Shown piece after piece: positions 17,491-27,321 of a stretch of DNA of 51,561 nt. The position numbers and the translations under genes were made by a program. Source of the DNA: a bacterium (lineage in GTDB: Bacteria; Oederibacteriota; PGYV01; Palsa-1178); assembly GCA_037138355.1 (NCBI GenBank), contig JBAXIL010000007.1, forward strand, positions 1-51,561. The letters are read 5' to 3'. The notes beneath the pieces are model-generated. The model saw only the letters and a list, made by a program, of their open reading frames with translations. It did not search any database and was not told the origin of the DNA. Position 1 is the stretch's first letter, and every line of letters starts with the position of its first letter.

Positions 17491-18774
17491 TTATATTTTA
17501 TCTAAAATATTTTTTTGTATCCAAGCCCATAGACCTTTACCTTTTTTCTTATTACTCGGCAGTAATTCTGTTTCATTATTTTGTTCCCTGACATAATACT
17601 CTATCAAACCTATGACAGTTGCCCATGCCGGAGTACTTACCGCATCATACCTGCCTATAATTTTGTCCTCAATTGGTTTTCCTACACGCACTCTTAAATT
17701 CATTTTTTCTTTAAAGAGCGCATCTATTCCTTTTAATTGTGAGGTGCCACCAGTTAACACGACTCCTCCCACATACATAGATGGATCTATGCCTTCTTTT
17801 ATCAGTTCTTCCTGAACAAAATCAATTAATTCTTGAACTCTCACCTTTATTATTTTTATAAGTTCTTTTCTTTCTATTTTTTCAATTTTAGCACTTCCCA
17901 TTTCTGGAACTTCTATATATTCGTCCGGTGCTGGAGCAGATAAACCAAATGAATCTACAAAGTTCACGCTATCACTTTCTACAAGGCCATATTTTTTCTT
18001 TAAATCTTCTGCAATTGATTTTGATGTTTTAAGCCCTTGTACAATATCATTTGTAATAAACTGCCCACCAATTGGAATAACACGCACAAATCTTAGAGTC
18101 TTTTTGTAAAACAGTGATATATCGGTTGTCCCTCCGCCTATGTCAATTAGCAGAATTCCTAAATCCTTTTCATCAGGATACAAAACAGAATGTGCCGAAG
18201 CTAAACCCTGAAGAATAATATTTTTGCATTCATATCCTGCTCGTTCTACAACTTTTTTCACATTGTCTATGGCTGCAGTCAAACCTGTTATTCTGTAAGT
18301 TTCCACATCAAGCTTCACACCTGTCATTCCAAGCGGATCACTTATCTCGTCTTGTCCATCTACTATATACTGCACAGCAACCATATGAAGCTCTTCTCTT
18401 TCCATTGAGGTTTTATGTGAAATTGAATCTTCCATAGCCTTACGCTTATCCTCTTCAGTAATTTCCTTCTGTTTTTGACTTGAAAGGGTGATGCCGCCAC
18501 GACCTTTTGCCCCAGCTATATGTTTTCCGGAAATCGAGGCAAGGAGCATATCAATTTTCGCTTGAGCCATTTCTTCTGCCGCTTGCACAGATTTTTTAAC
18601 TGCCTCAGTTGTTTCAGCGATATTATTTATTGAACCTTTTGAAACACCGCTATTGTCCTGCCAACCAAAACCTATTACATTAATTTCCTGATCATTAATT
18701 TCAGCGATAACTGTACAAACCTTCGTCGTGCCAATGTCAACAGCCGCGATTAAACTTCCACTGTTTTGTTGCAT
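17491..18774 (-). CDS. ftsA: Cell division protein FtsA
   Basis: 'VDIGTTKV', 'IDIGGGTTDI', 'IGGQFITNDI', 'VLTGGTSQL' and an amphipathic C-terminus. Confidence 0.97.
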   Translation of the reverse strand: MQQNSGSLIAAVDIGTTKVCTVIAEINDQEINVIGFGWQDNSGVSKGSINNIAETTEAVKKSVQAAEEMAQAKIDMLLASISGKHIAGAKGRGGITLSSQKQKEITEEDKRKAMEDSISHKTSMEREELHMVAVQYIVDGQDEISDPLGMTGVKLDVETYRITGLTAAIDNVKKVVERAGYECKNIILQGLASAHSVLYPDEKDLGILLIDIGGGTTDISLFYKKTLRFVRVIPIGGQFITNDIVQGLKTSKSIAEDLKKKYGLVESDSVNFVDSFGLSAPAPDEYIEVPEMGSAKIEKIERKELIKIIKVRVQELIDFVQEELIKEGIDPSMYVGGVVLTGGTSQLKGIDALFKEKMNLRVRVGKPIEDKIIGRYDAVSTPAWATVIGLIEYYVREQNNETELLPSNKKKGKGLWAWIQKNILDKI

Positions 18775-18788
18775 CTTTGATTCTCCTT

Positions 18789-19412
18789 TTATTTAATTAT
18801 TGCCATATCCTGATATGTCAGGTTCATGGCATTAAAGCCCTTACCTAACTCTTTCAATTTAAATGCTGCTATACGATAATTTTCCATTTTTTCATTAGTA
18901 ATTGAATCTCCAAAACTTATTGTAGCTCCATCCGTAGTTACCATTATGATATTTTTTAGATTAGCCATATTTACATCCGAAACATCTGTTAGATATTTTT
19001 TATCAATATTCAATGCCTGCTTTAAAGCTTTCAAATATTCTTCCCTTTGTTCATTAACCTCTACTCCTATCAACCTTACTATATATTTATCATTCTTACT
19101 TATTCCAGCTGGATTTACCTTTCCACTGGAACTCACTATATAATTAGTGGCACCTTCTATGAGATATTTATCCTCTGAAAAAAGTGATAAGTTCGGTAAT
19201 TTTATTGCCCATTTCACAGGTATTGATTTTTTTACAGCCGTTAACTTTGAAACTATACTTTTCACGAGTAAGTTTACACTAAACCCAAAAAGTCCAATAA
19301 GAACAGCACCTATTACAATTCTTTTTATAATGACCGGCAAATATTTTAAATTAGGTGATATAACAGCTGTCCTTGAGTTCTTAGTTACATATCGTTTTCC
19401 AAAACTTTTCAT
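18789..19412 (-). CDS. Probable FtsQ/DivIB (short, divergent)
   Basis: Sits between ddl and ftsA. Basic N-terminus, one TM segment, C-terminal 'MNLTYQDMAIIK' resembling the DLRF-type FtsQ end. Confidence 0.6.
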   Translation of the reverse strand: MKSFGKRYVTKNSRTAVISPNLKYLPVIIKRIVIGAVLIGLFGFSVNLLVKSIVSKLTAVKKSIPVKWAIKLPNLSLFSEDKYLIEGATNYIVSSSGKVNPAGISKNDKYIVRLIGVEVNEQREEYLKALKQALNIDKKYLTDVSDVNMANLKNIIMVTTDGATISFGDSITNEKMENYRIAAFKLKELGKGFNAMNLTYQDMAIIK

Positions 19413-20326
19413 GCTTTTCTCTCCATTGCTTTATTTATAAGAGTCATTATCAATTCGTAAAAACTTAATCCTGCTTTTTTGGCAGAATCTGGAACCAAGC
19501 TCAGCGAAGTCATACCTGGATGCGTATTAACTTCTATCACGAACGCAACTCCTTTTCTGACTATCATATCCACTCTTGAATAATCTCTGCATTCTAATGC
19601 TCTATGAACCATAAGCGCGGTTTTTTCAGCAAGCTTGGTTTCAGCCGCAGTTAACCTTGCTGGGATTATATGTTCCGACATACCAGCCGTGTACTTTGAC
19701 TCATAATCATAAAACTCATTAGCAGGAACTATCTCTATAATAGGAAGTGTTTTATCCAAGAATACAGGCACTGATATTTCAGTTCCTTTTATATATTCTT
19801 CCACCAGAACTCTTCCGTATTTTCTTGTCTTGCTAAATAGCTTCTCTGCTTCTTTTTTATTTTTCACTATATACACACCCACCGACGAGCCCTCAGCTTC
19901 TGGCTTGAATACCACTGGAAACTTTAGTTCAAGCTGCTTGAGTTCTTCCTTTTTATCTAAAACCTGCCACGCAGCTGTAGCTAAACCATAAAAAGTTATT
20001 ATTTTCTTTGTCATTATTTTATTCATGCCTACAGCCGAAGCCATTATGCCGCTACCAGTGTATGGAATTTTCAAAAATTCAAGTATTCCCTGTATGGCAC
20101 CATCTTCACCATATGTGCCGTGAAGTGCTATAAATGCGGCATCTATCTTGGCCTTCACTATTTTATCAATGCTGCGGCTATTAAGATCTATGGCCACAAC
20201 ATTCTCGCCACGAGCTTTAAGTTCTTTTACTATAGCTTCGCCAGATTTAAGTGATATTTCTCTTTCTGACGACAAGCCGCCCATAATAACTCCTATGCGT
20301 AGCTTTTTCGTAACTTTCTTCGCCAT
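19409..20326 (-). CDS. ddl: D-alanine--D-alanine ligase
   Basis: Motifs 'GGLSSEREISL', 'LHGTYGEDG', 'GSSVG', 'FYDYESKY' and 'EVNTHPGMT'. Confidence 0.97.
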   Translation of the reverse strand: MAKKVTKKLRIGVIMGGLSSEREISLKSGEAIVKELKARGENVVAIDLNSRSIDKIVKAKIDAAFIALHGTYGEDGAIQGILEFLKIPYTGSGIMASAVGMNKIMTKKIITFYGLATAAWQVLDKKEELKQLELKFPVVFKPEAEGSSVGVYIVKNKKEAEKLFSKTRKYGRVLVEEYIKGTEISVPVFLDKTLPIIEIVPANEFYDYESKYTAGMSEHIIPARLTAAETKLAEKTALMVHRALECRDYSRVDMIVRKGVAFVIEVNTHPGMTSLSLVPDSAKKAGLSFYELIMTLINKAMERKA

Positions 20327-20350
20327 TTTCCGTTTCTCCTTTTGTCTTTC

Positions 20351-21259
20351 TTACTTTATATACTTCACTTCTTCTTTAAGTCTTATTTTAAACTTCTTAT
20401 AAACTGTATTTTTTATCAATTTTACCAGCTTTAGCATTTCAGAATACTTAGCATTGCCCTTATTTATAAGGAAGTTTGCATGCATTTCTGAAACTTCAGC
20501 ATTTCCAATACTTTTGCCTTTTAAACCAGCCTCTTCAATAAGCTTTCCAGCTGTGTACTTACTGCTATTCTTAAAAAAGCTCCCAGCACTATAAGCGTTC
20601 CACGGATGTTTTGAATGTCTTATCTTTATCAAATCCGCCATTTCTTTTTTTATTTTTGCAACTGCCTTTGTTTTAAGTTCAAGCTCAACTCCAGTTATTA
20701 TAAAGCCATTTTTCTGAAATATTGAGTGTCTGTATGAAAATATTTTTTTTCTGTTTTCTATAATTTTATAATTTCCTTTTTTATCCATAAAATACACTTT
20801 ATTTATGTGAGCACCTATTCCTTTGCCCCAAGCACCTGCGTTCATATAAACTGCCCCACCGAGCTTGCCAGGTATTCCAGCCATAAACTCCAGCCCGCCC
20901 AAAGAATGCTTCATAAGCCAGCCAAGCATTGCACTGATTTTGATTCCAGCCCCAGCGTAAACACTTGTTTTGCTTTTAGAAAGCATTTCTTCAAATTCAC
21001 CTTTTAACTCCACAAATATCTTCTTTATTTTTTTATCTGAAATCAGTACATTAGAAAGATTCCCCATAATAAATATTTCTTTTTTCCATTTGTGGGCTGC
21101 TAAGACCACTTTTTTTAACTCCTCTATATTCTTAACTGTCAAATAACAATCTACCCTTCCACCTATATTAAAACTTGTCTTTTCCTTAATGCTAAAATTC
21201 CTATAATATTCTATGTTTGCTTCTTTTAATTCCGCGTAAAAAGTTTTTACTTTGCCCAC
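20351..21259 (-). CDS. murB: UDP-N-acetylenolpyruvoylglucosamine reductase
   Basis: Motifs 'GLEFMAGIPGKLGGAVYMNAGA', 'FSYRHS', 'SAGSFFKN' and 'HANFLIN'. Confidence 0.96.
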   Translation of the reverse strand: MGKVKTFYAELKEANIEYYRNFSIKEKTSFNIGGRVDCYLTVKNIEELKKVVLAAHKWKKEIFIMGNLSNVLISDKKIKKIFVELKGEFEEMLSKSKTSVYAGAGIKISAMLGWLMKHSLGGLEFMAGIPGKLGGAVYMNAGAWGKGIGAHINKVYFMDKKGNYKIIENRKKIFSYRHSIFQKNGFIITGVELELKTKAVAKIKKEMADLIKIRHSKHPWNAYSAGSFFKNSSKYTAGKLIEEAGLKGKSIGNAEVSEMHANFLINKGNAKYSEMLKLVKLIKNTVYKKFKIRLKEEVKYIK

Positions 21260-22611
21260 TTTTCAATCTCGCTTCTTAATTCATATATATTCCCAGCACC
21301 CATCAAAAGTACCATATCGCCTTTTTTTACTATCTTGCGTAATCTCTCTGATATGGCTCCCCACTCTGTTTCATAATAAGCATTCTTAAAATTATTCTCT
21401 TTCATTTCATCTGTAATCATAGCGGATGTCACACCCACAATCGGTGCTTCCCTCGCTGGATATATCTTGTCCACGATTACTATATCTGCAACTGCTAAAG
21501 ATTTAGCAAATTCTTTAAATAAGAGCTTTGTCCGCGAAAAAAGATGCGGTTGAAATATCGCAATCACCCTTCCTTTTGACATTTCTTTACCAGTTTCTAA
21601 TACCTTCATAACTTCAACTGGGTGATGAGCGTAATCATCTATCAAAGTAAAGTTTTTCATTTTAAATATATTAAAACGCCTTTTTACATTTTTAAATTTT
21701 TCTAATCCTTTTTTAATTACCGCTGTTTTAATTCCTGTATCTACCGAAATCGCAATAGCCATAAGAGAGTTCTGTACATTATGTTTGCCTGGTATATTTA
21801 GTTCAAAAACTCCAAGCTTTTTTCCACGGTAAATCACAGAAAAACGCTGTTTAAAGCCCTTAAAATGAACATTATATGCGTATATATCATTTGTTTTATT
21901 AAAACCAAAATAAACTGACCTTACAAATATTTCATCTTTAATTGACTTTATGTTTTCATCGTCACCATTCAAATATGCCACTCCGTAAAACGGTACCTTA
22001 TTGATAAAATTAACAAAAGCCTCTTTTAAAGCATCCATTTTTTTATAATAATCCATGTGGTCATTATCTATATTAGTCACACCCACTATTACTGGATTTA
22101 GGTGCAAGAACGAACCAAAAGCTTCGCAGGCCTCTGCTATCACATATCTACCCTTGCCTGCTCTGGCGTGGACTCCTCCTGTTTTCACCACTCCGCCGAC
22201 TATATAAGTAGGATCAAGCTTTGCTTCCATAAATATAGTGGCCAGCATAGAAGTCGTAGTGGTCTTTCCATGCGACCCTGCTATGGCTATGCCATACTTT
22301 AACCTTAAAACTTCATCAAGCATAACAGCCCTTGGAATTACTGGAATTTTCATTTTTCTTGCCTTAACAATTTCAGGGTTTGTTTCTGAAACAGCATTTG
22401 AGTATATGGCAATATCAGCGCCCTTTACATTTTTAGCATCATGCCCTATAAACACTTTTCCGCCTATGCTCTTAATACGCAAAGTGTTTTCTGATTCTTT
22501 CATATCAGAACCAGTCACTTTATATCCTAAGGTAATAAATATCTCAGCCAAGCCGTTCATTCCTGAACCGCCAATGCCAATGAAATGCAGATTCTTAGTT
22601 TCTATCAACAT
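21247..22611 (-). CDS. murC: UDP-N-acetylmuramate--L-alanine ligase
   Basis: Motifs 'HFIGIGGSGM', 'GSHGKTTTT', 'DDYAHHP' and 'FQPHLFSRT'. Confidence 0.97.
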   Translation of the reverse strand: MLIETKNLHFIGIGGSGMNGLAEIFITLGYKVTGSDMKESENTLRIKSIGGKVFIGHDAKNVKGADIAIYSNAVSETNPEIVKARKMKIPVIPRAVMLDEVLRLKYGIAIAGSHGKTTTTSMLATIFMEAKLDPTYIVGGVVKTGGVHARAGKGRYVIAEACEAFGSFLHLNPVIVGVTNIDNDHMDYYKKMDALKEAFVNFINKVPFYGVAYLNGDDENIKSIKDEIFVRSVYFGFNKTNDIYAYNVHFKGFKQRFSVIYRGKKLGVFELNIPGKHNVQNSLMAIAISVDTGIKTAVIKKGLEKFKNVKRRFNIFKMKNFTLIDDYAHHPVEVMKVLETGKEMSKGRVIAIFQPHLFSRTKLLFKEFAKSLAVADIVIVDKIYPAREAPIVGVTSAMITDEMKENNFKNAYYETEWGAISERLRKIVKKGDMVLLMGAGNIYELRSEIEKWAK

Positions 22612-22646
22612 GCTTCATCTCCTGTATTAATTATGCGGTTTTACAA

Positions 22647-23738
22647 TCAACCGTTCTTGCGTCTTGCTATTTTAATTATATTTTCAGCGCTGTGCCCACA
22701 GTACATTTTTTTCAATTCCTTTTTCATAGATAATCCTGTTTTGCTATCCAAAAGTTTTTTCACCGCTTGTATAAATACATCCGCATTCAGCTCTTTGTCT
22801 TTTATAACAATGGCCGCGCCTCTGTCTTTAAGCGCTGCTGCATTTTTTTCCTGATGGTTTCCAGTAGCATAAGGGTAAGGCACTATAAGCGAAGGTAAAC
22901 CCACCGCTTCAAGCTCCGTTAACGTTCCTGCACCTGCCCTAAGTATTCCTACATCTGCCGCAGAATATGCCAATCCTGCATCATCAATAAATCTAAGCAC
23001 ACAACAAGTTACCTTTTTATTTTGTGACGCTATTTTCACTGCCGTCTCATACTCATCACTGCCTGTCATCCATATAAACTGTACTCCCTTTAGTTCAACT
23101 GCCGCACGCGGCAGAACTTCACCAAATACACGATTTATGCTTTTAGCAGCTCTTGAACCAGGCATTATAAGCACTGTTTTATGTCCGCTTTTAAGCTTAA
23201 ATTTCTTTAAACCTTCTTTTCTTCTATTCTTTAAAAGACTTTCTCTTAATGGATTTCCTGTAACTGTAACTTTTCCAACTGGAAAATATTTTACAGTTTC
23301 TTCAAACCCAGCCGTTATATGCGTCACAAAATATGACAATATTTTATTAGCAAAACCTGGAACCACATTAGGCTCATGTATGAGCGTCTTTTTACCAGCT
23401 ATAGCAGCCATAAAAACCGCTGGATATGAAGCAAAGCCACCAGTGCCAATCACAATATCAGGTTTTACTTCTTTTATTATAGAAGCCGCTTCAAAGAACG
23501 ACTTAATCACAAAATATGAGTTTATTATATTTTTAAAAGTAAACTTTCTGATATAAGGTCTAACATTAACACCCACAAAATCAAAGCCTCTCTTTGTTAC
23601 TATTTCCTTTTCCATACCTTTTATACTACCTACAAAAAGTATACTTGCTTTTTTATCCTGTTTTAATAGTTCTTCTGCCATGGCAATTGCCGGATATATA
23701 TGACCACCGGTTCCACCACAAGCAAATATTACTTTCAT
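22647..23738 (-). CDS. murG: Lipid II GlcNAc transferase MurG
   Basis: Motifs 'GGTGGHIYPAIA', 'GTGGF', 'TGNPLR', 'RAGAGT' and 'HQEKNA'. Confidence 0.97.
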   Translation of the reverse strand: MKVIFACGGTGGHIYPAIAMAEELLKQDKKASILFVGSIKGMEKEIVTKRGFDFVGVNVRPYIRKFTFKNIINSYFVIKSFFEAASIIKEVKPDIVIGTGGFASYPAVFMAAIAGKKTLIHEPNVVPGFANKILSYFVTHITAGFEETVKYFPVGKVTVTGNPLRESLLKNRRKEGLKKFKLKSGHKTVLIMPGSRAAKSINRVFGEVLPRAAVELKGVQFIWMTGSDEYETAVKIASQNKKVTCCVLRFIDDAGLAYSAADVGILRAGAGTLTELEAVGLPSLIVPYPYATGNHQEKNAAALKDRGAAIVIKDKELNADVFIQAVKKLLDSKTGLSMKKELKKMYCGHSAENIIKIARRKNG

Positions 23739-24841
23739 TTACCTCTCCCGTATGCTAATTTTGAAACTGATAAAAGCATTCCCATAGCAACACAAGCCAC
23801 CATTAATGAAGAACCACCATAACTAATAAATGGAAGCGTAGTACCTTTTGTCGGCATAAGTCCTATCGAAACAGCTACATTCATACAAACCTGAGTTATT
23901 ATTATAAGCGTCAAACCCAATGCTAAAAACTTATTGAATTTATCCTGAACATTTATAGCAATAAATACACCGCGAGATAAAACCATAAAGAATCCAGATA
24001 ATAAAATTACTGAGCCTATTAAACCAAGCTCTTCTGCTACAACTGAAAATATATAATCAGTGTGTGGTGTTGGCAAAAATAAAAACTTCTGCTGGCTATT
24101 TGAAAAACCTACACCAAAAATACCACCTGAACCCACAGCAATAAATGACTGAATTGACTGATATCCACTACCTAATGGATCTTTCCACGGATCCAAAAAC
24201 GCCATAAATCTTTTTAATCTAAATGGTTCAAACTTTATTAAAGCCACTACGAGCATTACTAACACTGGCAATAAACCAATAAGCATTTTTCCATAAGAAC
24301 CCACAATAATAAGGATAGCCAAATATATTGAAACTATTATCATTACCGCTCCCAAATCCTTTTGAAAAATTAGCCCTAAAATTATTATTCCTGTCACCAT
24401 GGCTGTCCTTATAAATCTTTTTAATACGGTAAAAGATTCTGTCGAAAATATTTCAGCCAGATATATTACATAAAAAATCTTTACAAGTTCAAATGGTTGA
24501 AAAGATAATGGACCCAAATTAAACCATCTGGTAGCACCACCTACCTTGTGACCTAAATGTGGAATATGCACGGCAAATAAGAGAATTATTGAAGTCACAA
24601 GTCCTGGCATCATCATTTTTTTTATATCTACAGTTTTTCTCTTATAAAAAACAAATCCTGCAATAAGAGCTAAAACTGCCCATACAATTTGTTTCTTAAC
24701 AAAAAACGCACTATCTCCGTATTTACCATATGCTGCAACTGGGCTGGCTGAATACACCATAAGTATTCCAAATAATGTCAGTCCTACACAGGTAATTAAA
24801 AGCGTGTAATCCATTCTTTCTCCTGAAGCAGTTTGTTTCAT
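23735..24841 (-). CDS. ftsW: Peptidoglycan polymerase FtsW (SEDS)
   Basis: Motifs 'GILMVYSAS', 'GATRW', 'FLPTPHTDYIFSVVAEELG' and 'LPFISYGGSS'. Confidence 0.96.
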   Translation of the reverse strand: MKQTASGERMDYTLLITCVGLTLFGILMVYSASPVAAYGKYGDSAFFVKKQIVWAVLALIAGFVFYKRKTVDIKKMMMPGLVTSIILLFAVHIPHLGHKVGGATRWFNLGPLSFQPFELVKIFYVIYLAEIFSTESFTVLKRFIRTAMVTGIIILGLIFQKDLGAVMIIVSIYLAILIIVGSYGKMLIGLLPVLVMLVVALIKFEPFRLKRFMAFLDPWKDPLGSGYQSIQSFIAVGSGGIFGVGFSNSQQKFLFLPTPHTDYIFSVVAEELGLIGSVILLSGFFMVLSRGVFIAINVQDKFNKFLALGLTLIIITQVCMNVAVSIGLMPTKGTTLPFISYGGSSLMVACVAMGMLLSVSKLAYGRGK

Positions 24842-26199
24842 TTTTGTCCCGCCTTTAAAACATACTTTTTAAACTCATCTCCCCTGTGGGCATAACTTTT
24901 AAACATATCAAAACTCGCACAGGCAGGTGAGAGCAGTACGACTTTAACATCTTGTACCTTTACACTTTTATCTACTGCGTCCTCCATAGATTCAGCCAGT
25001 AAAACTTCAACTTTTGATGAAAACATATTTTTAATTTTTTCTTTGTTCTCGCCTATAGCAACAATCACTTTCACATTAACAGGAAGCTTATTGTATAAAG
25101 GTGACAAATCTGTATTTTTTTCTCTACCACCAAGTATTAAAACCATATTTTCAGTAAATGTAGCAACTGCCTTCAACACAGCATCCACATTTGTGCCTTT
25201 TGAATCATCGTAGTATTTCACTCCATTGAATTCACTAACAAATTCTATTCTGTGATGCAGTCCTTTGAAACTCTTTATAGTAGCTATGGCCTTTACCATA
25301 TCCAGCTTGGCAAGCTTCGCAGTTATTAAACACGCCAAAACATTTTCAAAATTATGTCTACCCAACAGTTTCATATCAGCAGACTTAAAAAATTCTTTTT
25401 TAGTACCATTTGCATTATCAATAAAGCTTCCATCCTTATAATAATATCCATTCTCCAGCTCATTATAGGCCGAGAAATATATCTTCGCAGGTCTGCCCAT
25501 AGGTCCCATGATATCCGTAAACTTATCATCTGCATTTAGTATGAGATAATCGGCCTCTGTCTGATTTCTGAAGATATTTGCCTTAGCCATAGCGTATTCC
25601 TGCATATTTGGATATCTGTCTAAGTGATCTTCAGTTACATTTAGAATCATAGAAATAAATGGTTTAAAGTCCTTTATTGTTTCAAGCTGAAAGCTCGAAA
25701 GCTCCAACACTACATACTCTGGATTGCTATTATTCTTTAACATGTCACAAAAAGGTATTCCGATATTTCCTGCGAGTTCTACCTTATCTCCAAGCTGGGC
25801 TTTAAACATTTCATATATCAGAGTTGTAACCGTTGTCTTTCCATTAGTCCCAGTTATTGCAATTATTTTTGCCTTAGTAAACTGAAACGCAAACTCCACA
25901 TCTCCAATAAGTAACTTTTTAGTTCTTTCAACTACTTCTAACCATTTTGGTTGAACTGGTACTCCTGGGCTTACTATTATTATATCGGCTTCAGTGAAAG
26001 ACACATCTTTGTGTCCATCTGTTTCCAGCACTACTCCATTTTTTTCCAGTTCAAGCGCTTCTTGAGAAAACTTAGCTCTGGTCTTAATATCACTTAAGAT
26101 TATTTTTTTCACCTTTTGTGTTAATAGAAACTGTGCGGCTGAAATGCCACTCTTACCAGCTCCTAAAATTAATATTATTTTTCCTTCAAGACCTATCAT
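24838..26199 (-). CDS. murD: UDP-MurNAc-L-Ala--D-glutamate ligase
   Basis: Motifs 'ITGTNGKTTVT', 'ELSSFQLE', 'DHLDRY', 'DDSKGTN' and 'LSPACASFD'. Confidence 0.97.
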   Translation of the reverse strand: MIGLEGKIILILGAGKSGISAAQFLLTQKVKKIILSDIKTRAKFSQEALELEKNGVVLETDGHKDVSFTEADIIIVSPGVPVQPKWLEVVERTKKLLIGDVEFAFQFTKAKIIAITGTNGKTTVTTLIYEMFKAQLGDKVELAGNIGIPFCDMLKNNSNPEYVVLELSSFQLETIKDFKPFISMILNVTEDHLDRYPNMQEYAMAKANIFRNQTEADYLILNADDKFTDIMGPMGRPAKIYFSAYNELENGYYYKDGSFIDNANGTKKEFFKSADMKLLGRHNFENVLACLITAKLAKLDMVKAIATIKSFKGLHHRIEFVSEFNGVKYYDDSKGTNVDAVLKAVATFTENMVLILGGREKNTDLSPLYNKLPVNVKVIVAIGENKEKIKNMFSSKVEVLLAESMEDAVDKSVKVQDVKVVLLSPACASFDMFKSYAHRGDEFKKYVLKAGQK

Positions 26200-26202
26200 T
26201 TT

Positions 26203-27288
26203 TCACCTCAACTTAAGTGTGCTTAAAGTAAATAAAAGCACTATCAAAGCCGCTATCCAAAATCTAATTATTAATTTTGGTTCCGCTGTTCCCTTTAACT
26301 GAAAATGGTGATGCAATGGAGCCATTTTAAATATTCTTTTACCAGTCAGTTTAAACGAACCCACCTGCAATATAACCGAGGCTACCTCTGCTACAAATAT
26401 AACTCCTACAATCAACAGAAGCAGTTCCTGTTTTATTAAGACCGCTATAGTACCTATCACCCCACCTAACATAAGTGCGCCTATGTCCCCCATAAACACT
26501 TCAGCAGGATAAGTGTTAAACCACAAAAATCCAAGTATAGCACCTGTAAAAGCAGCACAAATTACTGTAACCTCAGCCGCTTTTGCCACATGCATAATAA
26601 AAAGATAATCACTCATTTTTATATTACCAATAATGTATGACATGACAACGAATGTAGCAAAAACAAAAAGAGAAAGCCCTGAAGCCAAGCCATCCATACC
26701 ATCTGTAAAATTGACAGCATTGGACCAACCAGCAATAATAAGCATGATAAATATAGAATATAACCAAACTGGTAAATTTATCGGGTTTTTCACAAAAGGA
26801 ATATTTAAAAAAGTAGTAAACTGAAAAGTACTTTCTGTAAAATTCAAATACATAACTAAAATAACTCCAGCCCCTACAAGCTGCAATAACAATTTCCATA
26901 TAGCAGATAGGCCTTTTGTGCCTACCTTCATTTTAAGATAATCATCAAGAAATCCTATAAAAGCAAACCACACAGTGGCAAACAAAACTATATATGTGTA
27001 ATTGTTATCAAACCTACCCCATAACAACATAGAACCCAAAAAGGAAATAAGCATAATAAAACCGCCCATAGTGGGTGTTCCTTTTTTCTTCAAATGTTCC
27101 TGCGGTCCTTCTTCGCGTATTACCTGCACGATCGACAATCTTTTTAACAAAGCAATCACTGCTTTACCTATAAGCAAGCTTATCACAAATGCAGTAATAG
27201 CAGCAAAAGCCGCTCTTACAGTTATATACCTAAATACATTTAAGAACGAAACATAAATATGTAGCGGATAAATCAAATGATAGAACAT
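26203..27288 (-). CDS. mraY: Phospho-MurNAc-pentapeptide transferase
   Basis: Motifs 'KKGTPTMGG', 'IGFLDD', 'NAVNFTDGMDGLA', 'FMGDIG' and 'MAPLHHHF'. Confidence 0.98.
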   Translation of the reverse strand: MFYHLIYPLHIYVSFLNVFRYITVRAAFAAITAFVISLLIGKAVIALLKRLSIVQVIREEGPQEHLKKKGTPTMGGFIMLISFLGSMLLWGRFDNNYTYIVLFATVWFAFIGFLDDYLKMKVGTKGLSAIWKLLLQLVGAGVILVMYLNFTESTFQFTTFLNIPFVKNPINLPVWLYSIFIMLIIAGWSNAVNFTDGMDGLASGLSLFVFATFVVMSYIIGNIKMSDYLFIMHVAKAAEVTVICAAFTGAILGFLWFNTYPAEVFMGDIGALMLGGVIGTIAVLIKQELLLLIVGVIFVAEVASVILQVGSFKLTGKRIFKMAPLHHHFQLKGTAEPKLIIRFWIAALIVLLFTLSTLKLR

Positions 27289-27321
27289 TCATGCCTCCGT
27301 TAAATAATAAATTTTATACTC

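Noticed and set aside
16397..17596. 399-aa antisense ORF over ftsZ
   Set aside because: In this register a stop needs a Tyr codon after a pyrimidine or a His/Gln codon after T, and FtsZ is poor in those residues. The product has no recognisable motif, so it is a shadow ORF.
19409..20326. D-Ala-D-Lac (vancomycin-resistance type) ligase
   Set aside because: The omega loop 'YDYESKY' has the Tyr typical of D-Ala-D-Ala ligases, the gene is in the normal dcw position, and no van genes are present.
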